Shown in pieces: positions 39,511-49,840 of a stretch of DNA of 64,000 nt. The position numbers and the translations under genes are program-made. Where the stretch lies: positions 96,001-160,000 of the forward strand of contig CAVUWD010000014.1 of the NCBI GenBank assembly GCA_963745025.1. The letters run 5' to 3'. How positions within the stretch are numbered: the first letter of the stretch is position 1; every line of letters starts with the position of its first letter. The DNA is from an uncultured delta proteobacterium. GTDB lineage: Bacteria; Desulfobacterota; Binatia; JACPRU01. The notes beneath the pieces are model-generated. The model worked only from the letters and a program-made list of their open reading frames with translations, was not told the DNA's origin and ran no database searches.

Positions 39511-39584
39511 GGGGAACCCGCTTACGTCTCGTGGTGCTCAACTCTGGAGGCGAGCACGTGCCGGGGTTGCCGCGGTCGTGCGGA
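39457..39584 (+). repeat. Degenerate tandem duplication of the last 54 bp of the acyl-CoA dehydrogenase gene
   Basis: 39457-39510 versus 39531-39584: 45 of 54 bases identical, no gaps. Confidence 0.85.
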
Positions 39585-40860
39585 TCGAGCTGGTCGAGTT
39601 CTGAACCAGCGAGGGCTCGGTAAGCGGGACGTCAGCAGGAATCGGAAAGCGCAGCGTGAAGCGTGACCCCTTGCCGGGCTGAGACTGCAGGGTCACCGCG
39701 CCGCCGTGCGCTTCCGCGATCAGGCGCACGATGAAGAGCCCAAGACCGGTCCCCGCTTCTTCGCCTTCCGAGACGTAGGGCTCGAACAGTCGCTGCCGAA
39801 CCCCTACGGGGATTCCCGGACCGTTGTCGCTAACCGTCACCGTCACGGCGCTGCCGTCGATGCCCGTCGCGAGCTCGACCCGCCCGCCGACGGGCACGAA
39901 CTTGACCGCATTCCAGAGGAGATTGGCGATCGCACGCTGAAGATGACTCCGGTCTCCCGAAATCGCGGGCAGATGCTCGGCGAGCCGAGCTTCGAGGCGG
40001 ATTTCCTTTTCGGCCGCCGCTCGGCGCTGGTGGTGGAGCGCTTCCTTGGCGACTGCATTCAGGTCGACGAGCTGCCGTGGAGTGGCCCTCGCACCCGCCG
40101 CCGCGGACGCCATCGCGAGGAAAGTGGCGACCAACTCGGCGCTCTCCGTCGCCGCCTTCTTGATGGATTCGCAGAGGTTTCGCCGCGCGGCCTCTTCCAG
40201 CGTCTCGGGGTCGGCGAGCAGGAGATCGGCCATTGCCGCGATCGCCGAGAGCGGCGTCTGCAGGTCGTGCGTCAGCGTCGCCAGCAAGTCGGTGCGGAAC
40301 CGCTCGCGCGCGTGTGCAATCTCGGCTACGCGCCGCTCCTGTTTCGCGATCGTCACGAGGTAGCCGTAGAACGTGCCGATGCCGAAGAGAAACGGGAAGC
40401 GGAGCAGCACCGAAGGCGTCAAGATCTCCCGCAGCGGCTGGGTGCGGAGCAGGAAGAGCAAATACAGGAAGCCGATCAGCGCACAGCCACCGGCGATCAT
40501 CCCCACGCTCTCGCCGAGGGCCGCTAGAAACAACACGGAGAAGTAGAGCAGGAAGAGCTCGCCGCTGTGCTCGCCGGCGAGATACATGCCGAGGCTGATC
40601 CAGCACGTGTCGAAGAGCACGAACGTCGAGCGCAGCCACACGCTCTCGTAGGCCCGCCCCGGGAGCGCCGCGCCGACGAGGTTCGTCGCGAAGAAGATGG
40701 CGATGAACGCGAGAATCCGCGGATCGGTGCCCGCAAGGGGCCTGTCGAAAAGGACGAGGTAGGAGGCGGTGATGATCACCACCCAGCGTAAGAAGAGGAG
40801 CGTACGCTTCTTCGAGCGTAAGAATTCGGGGACGGTTGCGAACGATTCGGCGCGGCTCAC
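39538..40860 (-). CDS. Membrane sensor histidine kinase
   Basis: Multi-TM N-terminus; THDLQTPL, NLLWNAVKF, DNGPGI, GTGLGL. Confidence 0.9.
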   Translation of the reverse strand: MSRAESFATVPEFLRSKKRTLLFLRWVVIITASYLVLFDRPLAGTDPRILAFIAIFFATNLVGAALPGRAYESVWLRSTFVLFDTCWISLGMYLAGEHSGELFLLYFSVLFLAALGESVGMIAGGCALIGFLYLLFLLRTQPLREILTPSVLLRFPFLFGIGTFYGYLVTIAKQERRVAEIAHARERFRTDLLATLTHDLQTPLSAIAAMADLLLADPETLEEAARRNLCESIKKAATESAELVATFLAMASAAAGARATPRQLVDLNAVAKEALHHQRRAAAEKEIRLEARLAEHLPAISGDRSHLQRAIANLLWNAVKFVPVGGRVELATGIDGSAVTVTVSDNGPGIPVGVRQRLFEPYVSEGEEAGTGLGLFIVRLIAEAHGGAVTLQSQPGKGSRFTLRFPIPADVPLTEPSLVQNSTSSIRTTAATPARARLQS

Positions 40861-41310
40861 GCCTGCGACTCCCTGGCCAGCTTGTTGTAGACGAGAGCCG
40901 CCTGCAGGCGGCTGGCGACGCCGAGCTTCTCGAAGTTGTGACTCAGGTGGCTCGTGACCGTCTTCTCCGAGATCGACAGCTGCGCGGCGATGTCGCGGTT
41001 GGAGAGCCCGTTGGCGACGAGCTTGATGACCTCCATCTCTCGCTGGGAAAGAGCCCGCAGAGGATCCGGCGCACCGTCCCCTTCCCGCCCGCGAACCGGA
41101 TGAATTCTCGATGCGACGTGACCGAGAGCATGGGTCCGCCCAGACTTCGCCGCGAGCCACGTGCTGAATGGCTTCGAGGAGCGGCTCCAGAGGCCCGCTC
41201 TTGAGCACGAACCCCTTGGCTCCCATGCGCGCAACCAGCGCTACGCTGTCAGGGTCGGCAAAGCCCGTCAGGATGATGAGCCGGGTCTTCGGCGACGCAG
41301 CGCGGATCCA
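40857..41310 (-). pseudogene. NarL/LuxR response regulator lacking the N-terminal part of its receiver domain
   Basis: IILTGF...GAKGFVLK...AI..V..G and the HTH LSQREMEV...GLSNRDIA..L.ISEKTV..H. No start codon or phospho-Asp region; two frameshifts. Confidence 0.75.
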
Positions 41311-41392
41311 ACGACGCGTGACCGAATTGGATGTCAGAAGCCGGGAAAGGTTCGGCCGACGGTCCGAGCGAAAAAGCGATCCGGTCCCTTTT

Positions 41393-42070
41393 TCAGCCAC
41401 CGTAGTCGCGGCTGACGATCTTCCCCGGCTCTTTGGCGTCGCGCACCAGCGCCAACGCGTCACCGAGGATCCGCTTCTGGAGGGCCGGGTCGTTCGGCCT
41501 CCCCAGCGAGTGACCGGGAACGAACGGCCGCGGGTGGAGCGCGCGCGGCGGATTGGCCTGCGCGCTCTGCTCGGGATCGACGGTGATCAGTACCGTCGCG
41601 ATTCCTCGAAGCTCGATCAGCCGCTGCACCGTCACGACCGTGCGGTGGCAGAGGCCTCAACCGCCGGTCAGGACGACGATGTCGGGTCGAGCCGCCTCGA
41701 TCTCTTTCAAGAGCTTCGGAAACGTGTCGTCACGAAGCTCGCGAAGCTTCATCGAGAAGCCGTAGGAGAAGTGCTTCGCGGTCGGCCCCTTGATCGTGCC
41801 GTCGGCCTTCATCTCGGCGAGCCGATCGATCGGGAAGATGCAGTTGATGTCCCGATCGGCGCAGGCATGATCGTAGTGACTGTCATCGTAGGCGAGGTCG
41901 GAGCCCGCGCCCTCGATCACACGGAACGTGCTGTCGCCATCGGTATTGAACGGCGGATCCGTCTTCTTGCGAACGCCCGCCGAGGAGACGATGCACACGG
42001 TCGAGTCGCCAAGGCTCCCCTTGAAGGGCGTCCAGGGAATGCAGTGTCGCGAGAGCTCGGGCTGATCCAT
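41393..42070 (-). CDS. PrdB/GrdB-like (proline/glycine reductase B family) selenoprotein, Sec at TGA 41657-41659
   Basis: SSAGV...F...GD.TFR, HYDH...DIN..FPIDRL, then VVLTGG-TGA-GLCHRTV..VQR.IE..GI.TV..PPRA in one frame (UxxC). Confidence 0.9.
41624..41651 (-). promoter_or_regulatory. SECIS-like hairpin of the PrdB-like gene
   Basis: CACCGCAC-GGUC-GUGACGGUG; the loop starts 17 nt after UGA. Confidence 0.65.
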
Positions 42071-42074
42071 CGGG

Positions 42075-42105
42075 AAAAGGGGACGACCCGCCGCGGGTCG
42101 CCCCC
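42075..42105 (-). terminator. Intrinsic terminator-like hairpin between the two selenoprotein genes
   Basis: GGGGCGACCCG-CGG-CGGGTCGTCCCC followed by TTTT. Confidence 0.55.
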
Positions 42106-42114
42106 ATCAATCGA

Positions 42115-42612
42115 TTATTTCAACTTCTTCAACGCCTCGAAGATCTTGTCAGTCGGCGGCTGCTTGGTGATGTCGTGAATGTTGATGTAGGCGATCTTCC
42201 CCTGCTTATCGACGACGAAGATCGCTCGCTCGGAGATTCCCGCGTCGCGCAGCGAGTTGTACTTGAGCGAGACCATGCCGTGCGGGAAGAAGTCCGAGAG
42301 CAGTGGGTACGAAAGGCCGCCCATACTCTTCGCCCACGCCTCGTTGCAGGGAACGTTGTCCACGGAAATGCCCAGGACCTGGGCATCGAGCCGCTCGAAC
42401 TCGGAGAGATCCTCCTCGTACGAGGGCATCTGGACCGTTCAGACCGGTGTCCAGGCAGCGGGGAAGAATGCGAGCACCACGTTCTTCTTGCCGCGATAGC
42501 TCGAGAGCGTGATCGCCGTCCCCTTTTGCCCTTTGCCGGCAGTCTGCCCGGTTGCCGGCAGAGTGAAGTCGGGAGCTTCGTCGCCGACTTCGAGTCGATA
42601 GACCGCTTTCAA
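42115..42612 (-). CDS. Peroxiredoxin (AhpC/TSA, AhpE-like) selenoprotein, Sec at TGA 42439-42441
   Basis: GAGGAGG RBS with TTG start; [10 protein letters not shown]...[21 protein letters not shown]...LGISVD...LLSDF.PHG...ERAIFVVD in one frame. Confidence 0.92.
42407..42431 (-). promoter_or_regulatory. SECIS-like hairpin of the peroxiredoxin gene
   Basis: AGAU..CCUC-GUAC-GAGG..AUCU; the loop starts 17 nt after UGA. Confidence 0.55.
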
Positions 42613-42729
42613 TGTCCACCTCCTCTGTTCGTGTCGTTCCCGGCTCCATGCCGGTGAACGCAATTCGAATTTTAGGATAGCACCTCATTCGAAAGCGGCA
42701 ACCCGGCCGTTCGGGAGCGCTGCGCCGAC

Positions 42730-44605
42730 CTAGGCCGTCGAGGACGCCATGCGCGCGTGAGACTCGATCGTCTCGAGGAGCCGCGGTCCGATCTCCGCGA
42801 GCTTCTTCTCGCCGAGGCCGCGGATCCGCCGCAGATCCTCGAACGAGGTCGGCCTGAGGCGTGCCAGCTCGCGCAGCGTGGAATCGTGCAAGACCACGAA
42901 CGCCGGCACGCCGCGCGCGGCAGCGATCTCCCGCCGCAGCCCCCGTAGGCTCTCGAAGAGACCCGGATCGACGTCCCGCCACGACGCCTCCTCGAGACGC
43001 GTCTTCTCGGCCTTCCGCCGGCGTGGCTCGACGAGCTCGACCGTGCGACGCCCGCGCATCACCTCCCACGACGCCGCGTTCAGCCCGAGCACCGGCCGGT
43101 CGCCCGAGGTGCGCTCGAGGAAGCCGGCGTCGATGAGCTGGTAGATGACGTTCACCACGCTCCTCCGCGGCATGTCCCGAAGCAGACCGAACGTCGATAG
43201 GCGGTCGTGCCCCCACCGCCGGACTCGCTCGCTCGTCCCGCCCATCAGCACCTCGGCGACGTGCTCGATGCCGAAGCGCTCCTCGGTGCGCGCGACGCAG
43301 GAGAGGATCTTCTGCGCGAGCACGGTGGCGTCGGCCAGGCCCTCCACTTCCCCCAGGCAGACGTCGCAGGCGCCACACGACGCCTCCTCGTAAGGCTGGC
43401 CGAAGTACGCCGTGAGCGCGGCGTGGCGGCAGCGGAGCGCGTTCGCGAAGCGGCGCATGTCGTCGAGCAGGCGCTTGGCCGTCTCGATCACGGCGCCGCC
43501 GCCGTCGTCGGTCGTTCGCTCGAGCAGCGCTTGCCAGCGCAGCACGTCCGCCGCCGAGTAGAAGAGCACGCACTCGGCGGGCAGGCCGTCGCGGCCGGCG
43601 CGGCCCGTCTCCTGCTGGTAGTGCTCGATCGACTTCGGCATCGTGGCGTGGATGACGCAGCGGACGTCGCTGCGGTCGATGCCCATGCCGAAGGCGACGG
43701 TCGCCACGACGACGTCGATCTCTTCGGCGGCGAAGCGATCCTGCGTGCGCCGGCGCTCTGCGGCCTCCATGCCGGCGTGATAGTGCGCAGCGCGAACGCC
43801 ACTCCCCGCGAGATGCTCGGCCATGTCCTCGGCGTCGCGGCGGGAGAGGCAGTAGACGATCGCCGCTTCCCCCTCGTGGCGGCGCAGAACGTCACGCACC
43901 TGGCCACGGACGTCGACGCGCGGCACGACGCGATAGACGAGGTTCGGACGATCGAACCGACCGACGAGCATCCGCGGCTCGACGAGCCGCAGCTGCTCGA
44001 CGATGTCCTTGCGCACGCGCTCGCGTGGCCGTCGCGGTGTAGGCATGGAGGCTGGCGGCCGGGAAGAGCTCGCGAACCCCCGCGAGCTGACGGTACTCCG
44101 GCCGGAAGTCGTGCCCCCATTGGCTGATGCAGTGCGCCTCGTCGATCGCGAAGCTCGCGACGCCGAGTCGGGCGGCGAGCTCGAGGAATCGCGGCGTCAG
44201 CAGCCGCTCGGGGGCGACGAAGACGAGATGGTGGCGCCCGCCGGCGATCTCGCGCTCGGCGGCGCGGATCTCGCCGGCGTTCATGCCGCTGTGGATGGCC
44301 ACGGCCGGGAAGCCGCACGCCCGTAGCCCATCGACCTGGTCCTTCATCAGCGCGATCAGCGGCGAGACGACGACGTCGGTCCGGCGGGCGACCGCTGGGG
44401 GCACCTGGTAGCAGAGCGACTTGCCGCCGCCCGTCGGCATCACGACCAGCGAGTCGCGCCGCTCGAGGCCGGCGTAGATGGCCTCTTCCTGAAGCGGGCG
44501 AAGAGCCTCGAAGCCCCAATAGTGCTTCACGACGGCGAGCACGGCGTCGCGCGACCGCTGCGCAACGTCCCGGGCCACGCTCGCCGACGGCTCGCCGCTC
44601 TCCAC
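42730..44605 (-). CDS. recQ: ATP-dependent DNA helicase RecQ; frameshift near 44025
   Basis: MPTGGGKSLCYQ, DEAHCISQWGHDFRPEY, ATVAFGMG, QETGRAGRDG, plus RQC and HRDC regions. Confidence 0.95.
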
Positions 44606-44886
44606 GCCCGCATCATGACGGGACCGAAGCGGCGGCGCCAGCACGACCAGCTCCAGGTCGAGCCGAAGCCGACGCTTCTCGGCCCACATCACGATCTTCC
44701 GACTCCAATCCTAACGATCCACTCCCCCAGTGACCATGATCGTGACCACTCGGCCGGTCCCGAGAACGCGACAAGCCCATCGACGAGCAGCCGGTCGTTT
44801 GGCCGATCAACGCCGCAGATCAACGCCACGACCATCGAGCCGTCTTCCCGGCCATGCTAGTCTGCGCGGATCACGGAGGCTCGCCC

Positions 44887-46053
44887 ATGCCGTATGCCGA
44901 AGGCCGCATCATCCACGACGCCGACTCGCACGTGATGGAGACGCCGGACTGGCTGGTGCCGTATGCGGATCCAAGCATTCGCGACCGTCTCGAGCCGCTT
45001 CGGCTGACCGGTTGCAAGCCGGGAGAGGAGACGTTCATCGAAGAGCTCCAGCGACGCCATCGCGACCCGGCGGAGCGCCCCGAGGCCGAGCAGAAGATCA
45101 TGATCCGAAAGAATTGGAGCGCGATGGGCGCATTCATTCGCGAGGATCGGCCACGGGCGCTCGATTGTCTCGGCTTCGCGAGCCAGCTCGTCTTCAACAC
45201 GTTCCTGTCCGATCACTTCGTCCGTTACGAGCATCGAGGAGACCCAGACTTCACCTACGGCGCCGCGCGTGCGCACAACCGCGCCATCGTCGACTTCTGT
45301 TCGGTCGATCGCCGTCTGCTGCCGGTTGGCTTCGTGCCGCTCGTCGATTTCGAGCGCGCGCGAGCGATGGCTTTCGAGGCGGTCCACATGGGCTGCAAGG
45401 CGCTGCTCGTCTCCTCTGCGTGCCCGCCAGGGCACTCGCCGAGCCACGTCGGCCTCTTTCCCGTTTGGGAGGTCTCGCAGGAAGCCGGCCTGCCGATCGT
45501 CTTTCACGTCGGCGGCGGCGGACGGCTACTCGATCCGAATTATTTCGAGAACGGCCTTCCCCCCGTGCCGGACTTCCACGGCGGCGCCGAGAACTTCCGC
45601 TCGATCGACTTCATGGCGATCCCCTACCCGCCCATGCAGACACTTGCGACGATGATCTTCGACGGCGTGCTCGACCGCTTCCCGCGCCTGATGTTCGGCG
45701 TCGTCGAACAGGGCGCGGTGTGGCTGCCCTCGTGGATGCGCCAGCTCGACACGGCGCTCCACGCCTTCGCCAAGAACGAGGAGCGACTGCGCAAGCTGCG
45801 GCTGCGGCCGAGCGAGTACGTGCGGCGCCAGATCCGTGCGACCCCCTACCCAGCCGAGCCGGTCGGCTGGATCATCGAGCAGGCGGGTGAGGAGGTTTGC
45901 CTCTTCTCGACGGACTACCCGCACGTCGAGGGCGGGCGGAATCCGCTCAAGCGGTTCGAGGATTCGATGGCGGGCCTCTCCGAGCGCGCCAAGCAGAGGT
46001 TCTATTGCGACAACTTCGTCGATCTGATGGGTAGCGGCATGCCGGGTGAATAG
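44887..46053 (+). CDS. Amidohydrolase_2 family protein
   Basis: DADSH, FHVG, GV.DRFP.L, FSTDYPH.EG. Confidence 0.88.
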   Translation: MPYAEGRIIHDADSHVMETPDWLVPYADPSIRDRLEPLRLTGCKPGEETFIEELQRRHRDPAERPEAEQKIMIRKNWSAMGAFIREDRPRALDCLGFASQLVFNTFLSDHFVRYEHRGDPDFTYGAARAHNRAIVDFCSVDRRLLPVGFVPLVDFERARAMAFEAVHMGCKALLVSSACPPGHSPSHVGLFPVWEVSQEAGLPIVFHVGGGGRLLDPNYFENGLPPVPDFHGGAENFRSIDFMAIPYPPMQTLATMIFDGVLDRFPRLMFGVVEQGAVWLPSWMRQLDTALHAFAKNEERLRKLRLRPSEYVRRQIRATPYPAEPVGWIIEQAGEEVCLFSTDYPHVEGGRNPLKRFEDSMAGLSERAKQRFYCDNFVDLMGSGMPGE

Positions 46054-46119
46054 TCTCTCTCTTCGGGAAGAGGCCGCCGGCGAAGCAGGCGGAGAGGGAG
46101 AGCCGTTCGCGGAGAGACC

Positions 46120-47298
46120 ATGATCGATTTGTTGAATCCGACCGAAGAGCATGCGGCGCTGCGCCGCACGCTGCGAGAGTTCGTGGAGCGCGAGGTCGAC
46201 CCGCAGGCAGCCGCCCACGATCGCAGCGAGTCGTTCAATCTCGAGCTGTTCCGCAAGCTCGGCGATCTCGGCGTTCTCGGCATCACGGTGGCCGAAGCGT
46301 TCGGCGGCGCCGGCATGGACGCCGTTGCCGCCGTGCTCGTTCACGAAGAGCTCGCGGCCGCCGATCCCGGCTTCGCGCTCGCTTACCTCGCCCATTCGAT
46401 GCTCTTCGTGAACAACTTCTACCAGAACGCGAGCGACGCACAGCGCGCCCGCTACCTTCCCGACGTCTGCTCCGGAAAGAAGATCGGCGGCATGTGCATG
46501 AGCGAGCCGTCGGTCGGCACCGACGTGCTCGGCATGAAGACGACGGCAACCCGCAAGGGCGACGTCTACGTGCTCTCCGGCGCCAAGATGTGGATCACCA
46601 ACGGCGCGGTGAGCGATACCGAGCTCGGCGACGTCTTTCTCGTCTATGCGCGGACCGGCGACAAGGGCACCCGCGCGCTCTCGCTCTTCCTCGTCGAGAA
46701 AGGCCTCCCCGGATTCAAGCTCGGCCAGAAGCTCAAGGACAAGCTCGGCATGCGCGCCTCGACGACGGCGGAGCTCGTCTTCGATGAGTGCGAGGTGCCG
46801 GTCGCGAATCGCATCGGCGAGGAAGGCGATGCCGTACTGCACATGATGCGCAACCTCGAGATCGAACGCCTGACGCTCGCCGCCATGAGCCTCGGCATCG
46901 CCCGGCGCTCGATCGAGGTGATGAACCGCTACGCGAGCGAGCGGCACGCCTTCGGCCAACCGATTCGCGAGTTCGGGCAGATCCAGAGCCACATCGCGAC
47001 CTCGTACGCCGCGTGGATGGCGGGACGCTGCTACGTCTACGACACCGCCGCCCGTCTCAGCCTCGAGCGCGGCGGAAACCGAATCGACTCCGACGGCGTG
47101 AAGCTCTTCTGCTCGACGATGGCCAAAGAGGTCGCCGATCGAGCGATCCAGGTGCTCGGCGGCTACGGCTACGTCGGCGAGTACCAGGTCGAGCGCCTGT
47201 GGCGCGACGCCAAGCTCCTCGAGATCGGCGGCGGCACGGTGGAAGCCCACCAGAAGAACATCGCGCGGGACCTCGCGCGGCTGACTACGCTGCGGTAG
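46120..47298 (+). CDS. Isovaleryl-CoA dehydrogenase-like acyl-CoA dehydrogenase
   Basis: LAHSML, MSEP..GTDV, KMWITNG, KLGMRAS, RDAKLLEIGGGT. Confidence 0.9.
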   Translation: MIDLLNPTEEHAALRRTLREFVEREVDPQAAAHDRSESFNLELFRKLGDLGVLGITVAEAFGGAGMDAVAAVLVHEELAAADPGFALAYLAHSMLFVNNFYQNASDAQRARYLPDVCSGKKIGGMCMSEPSVGTDVLGMKTTATRKGDVYVLSGAKMWITNGAVSDTELGDVFLVYARTGDKGTRALSLFLVEKGLPGFKLGQKLKDKLGMRASTTAELVFDECEVPVANRIGEEGDAVLHMMRNLEIERLTLAAMSLGIARRSIEVMNRYASERHAFGQPIREFGQIQSHIATSYAAWMAGRCYVYDTAARLSLERGGNRIDSDGVKLFCSTMAKEVADRAIQVLGGYGYVGEYQVERLWRDAKLLEIGGGTVEAHQKNIARDLARLTTLR

Positions 47299-47365
47299 CG
47301 GCCTACGAAGAGCACGACGCGAAGCGGGAGGAAGAAATGAGAATCTTCGTTTTGCCGAGGCCCCA

Positions 47366-48283
47366 ATGAGCTTGGAACCTGCCGAGGAGCTGGAGCACCT
47401 GAAGCTCGCGACCGACCTCTCGGGCGTCGCCGTGTCCCAGATCGTGCGTCCCGAGAGCTGCCACGTCGTGGTCGGCGGCATGCGGCTCCACTATCTGGAC
47501 TGGGGAACGATCGGGCAGCCGTTGATCCTCTTTCTCCACGGCGGCGCTCTCAACGCCCACACCTGGGACGTCGTCTGCCTCGTCCTCCGCACCGAGTACC
47601 ACTGCGTCGCCCTCGACCAACGGGGACATGGCGACAGTGAGTGGTCGCCGGGGATGGACTACGCACCGGAAGCCCACCTGCGCGACATCGAGGGCCTCGT
47701 CGAGCATCTCGGCCGCGACCGCTTCTTGCTCGTCGGCCAGTCGATGGGTGCGCTCAACGCCTTCGTCTACGCCACCCACCACGCCGATCGGCTGGCGGGG
47801 CTCGTGCTGATCGACGCCGGTCCCAACGTTCGCGCCGCTGGCGCGCAGCGAATCGGCGCGTTCGTCTCCGAAACGGCGGAGATCGATTCGATCGACGCCG
47901 CGATCGGCAAAGCGCTGGCGTTCAACCCGCTGCGCGATCCACGATTGCTCCGCCGGAGCCTGCTCTACGCGTATCGCGAGCTACCGAACGGACGCTGGGC
48001 GCGGAAGATCGACATGAGGCATTGGGGCCGCGAGGACTTTCGGAGCCGCGCCGCGCAAGCCGCCGCGCGCTGGCAGCACACCGCGCGAGTGGCCTGCCCG
48101 ACGCTCGTCGTCCGCGGCGCCGAGAGCGACGTATTTCTCGACGAAGACGCGGAGAGCTTCGCGCGAGCGCTGCCCGATGCGCGCTGGGTGAAAATCGCCG
48201 GCGCGGGGCACACGGTACAGGGAGACAACCCGCGCGGTCTCTGCGAGGCACTGCGGCCGTTCTTCGCCGCGCGTTCAAGGTAG
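47366..48283 (+). CDS. Alpha/beta hydrolase
   Basis: LHGG, DQRGHGDS, GQSMG, AGH.VQGDNP. Confidence 0.9.
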   Translation: MSLEPAEELEHLKLATDLSGVAVSQIVRPESCHVVVGGMRLHYLDWGTIGQPLILFLHGGALNAHTWDVVCLVLRTEYHCVALDQRGHGDSEWSPGMDYAPEAHLRDIEGLVEHLGRDRFLLVGQSMGALNAFVYATHHADRLAGLVLIDAGPNVRAAGAQRIGAFVSETAEIDSIDAAIGKALAFNPLRDPRLLRRSLLYAYRELPNGRWARKIDMRHWGREDFRSRAAQAAARWQHTARVACPTLVVRGAESDVFLDEDAESFARALPDARWVKIAGAGHTVQGDNPRGLCEALRPFFAARSR

Positions 48284-48303
48284 ACCCACGGGAGACAGAC
48301 GCC

Positions 48304-49459
48304 ATGTCCGAAGATCTCTATTCCACCCCCGAGCACGAGCGCTTCCGCCGGACGGTGCGCCAGTTCGTCGAGCAGGAGCTCGCGCCCGCGCGCCCGCGAG
48401 TTCGATCAGATGGGCCGCTTCGACAAGCAGCTCTATCCGCAAGATGGGCGACCTCGGCATGCTCGGCCTCAGCTACGATCCGAAGTGGGGCGGCGCCGGC
48501 CTCGACTGGTCGTACACGGCGGTCATGTTCGAGGAGCTCGTGCGCTGCGACAACGCCGGGCGTCGTCATGGGCATCAGCGTGCAGACCGACATGGCCACG
48601 CCGTCGCTGCACCAGTTCGGGAGCGGACGAGCTCCGTCGGCGCTACCTGGTGCCGGCGATCCAGGGCGAGATGGTGGCGGCGATCGCGGTGACCGAGCCC
48701 GACGCCGGCTCCGACGTCGCCGTCGATCAAGACGCGCGCGGTGCGCGACGGCGACGACTGGGTGATCAACGGCCGCAAGATCTACATCACGAACGCGGCC
48801 ACCGCCGACTGGCTCTGCCTGCTCGCCGTCACCGATCCGGAGGCCGGCTACGGCGGCTTCTCGCAGATCGTCGTGCCCACCGACTCGCCGGGCTTCAGCT
48901 ACGAGCTGCTCGACAAGATCGGCAACTGGGGCTCCGACACCGGCCTCATCTTCTTCGAGAACGTGCGCGTGCCGGTCGCCAACACGATCGGCGAGATCGG
49001 CCGCGGCTTCCAGCAGCAGATGATGCAGTTCCAGGACGAGCGGCTGGTCGGCGTGCGTCAGCTCGATACGCGGGCGCGCAGGAGCTCTGGGAGAAGACGC
49101 GCAAGTACTGCGAGGAGCGCGACGCTCTTCGGCGAAGCCGCTGATCGAAGATGCAGGTGACGCAGTTCAAGTTCGTCGAGATGCTCACGCAGATCATCGC
49201 GGCACGTGAGCTCACCCACGCCTGCATTCGCAAGCGTCTGCGGGCGAGGACGCCACGCTCGAGATCTCGATGGCGCAAGCTCTTCTGCGGCCGCATGAGC
49301 CGCTACGTGGCCGACGACTGCATCCAGCTCCACGGCGGCTTCGGCTACATGAAGGAGAGCGCCGCCGGGCGCGCCTTCGTCGACACGCGGCTGATCTCGA
49401 TCGGCGGCGGCGCGGACGAGACGATGATTCACTACATGGCGAAGATGCTCCGCATGTAG
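48304..49459 (+). CDS. Acyl-CoA dehydrogenase (AtuD-like); frameshifted
   Basis: QTDMATP, VTEPDAGSDV, QFQDERL, QLHGGFGY and SIGGGADE across frames. Confidence 0.88.
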
Positions 49460-49558
49460 TCCCGTCCTCGTGGCGCCCGCACGGATCCGCCACACCATCC
49501 GGCGTGGAGGTTCACGGTCGGCGCGCTTCGAAGAAGCCTCGTCGACGAGACTTCCGGC

Positions 49559-49594
49559 TTGACGACCCGTAAATATGGGTTTACGGTACGCGGT
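49559..49594 (+). promoter_or_regulatory. Leaderless promoter and operator of the TA operon
   Basis: TTGACG-17 bp-TACGGT-7 nt-GTG; inverted repeat CCGTAAA-N6-TTTACGG at 49567-49586. Confidence 0.65.
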
Positions 49595-49840
49595 GTGAAG
49601 ACGACGATCGAGTTGCCCGACGCGCTGCTGATCCGCGCCAAGCAGCGCGCGGCCGAGCTCCGGCGGCCGCTGCGGGCGCTCGTCGAAGCGGGGCTGCGGC
49701 GCGAGCTCGAACAGGGCCGAGCAAAGAAGCGCGAGCAACGCGCCAGGATTCGCTGGGTGACCGCCCCTGGCGGGCTGCCGGACGACCTCGACGTCGCCGA
49801 TCGCGAGCGCATGCACGAGTGGCTGCGAAGGCACCCGTGA
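49595..49840 (+). CDS. vapB: VapB-like RHH antitoxin
   Basis: KTTIELPDALL..AK..A......L..LVE..LR; GTGA overlap with the PIN gene. Confidence 0.85.
   Translation: MKTTIELPDALLIRAKQRAAELRRPLRALVEAGLRRELEQGRAKKREQRARIRWVTAPGGLPDDLDVADRERMHEWLRRHP

Noticed and set aside
44620-44860. Short repeats in the recQ-amidohydrolase intergenic region (GATCAACGCC twice, GTGACCA twice)
   Set aside because: They are too short and irregular to support an array or element.
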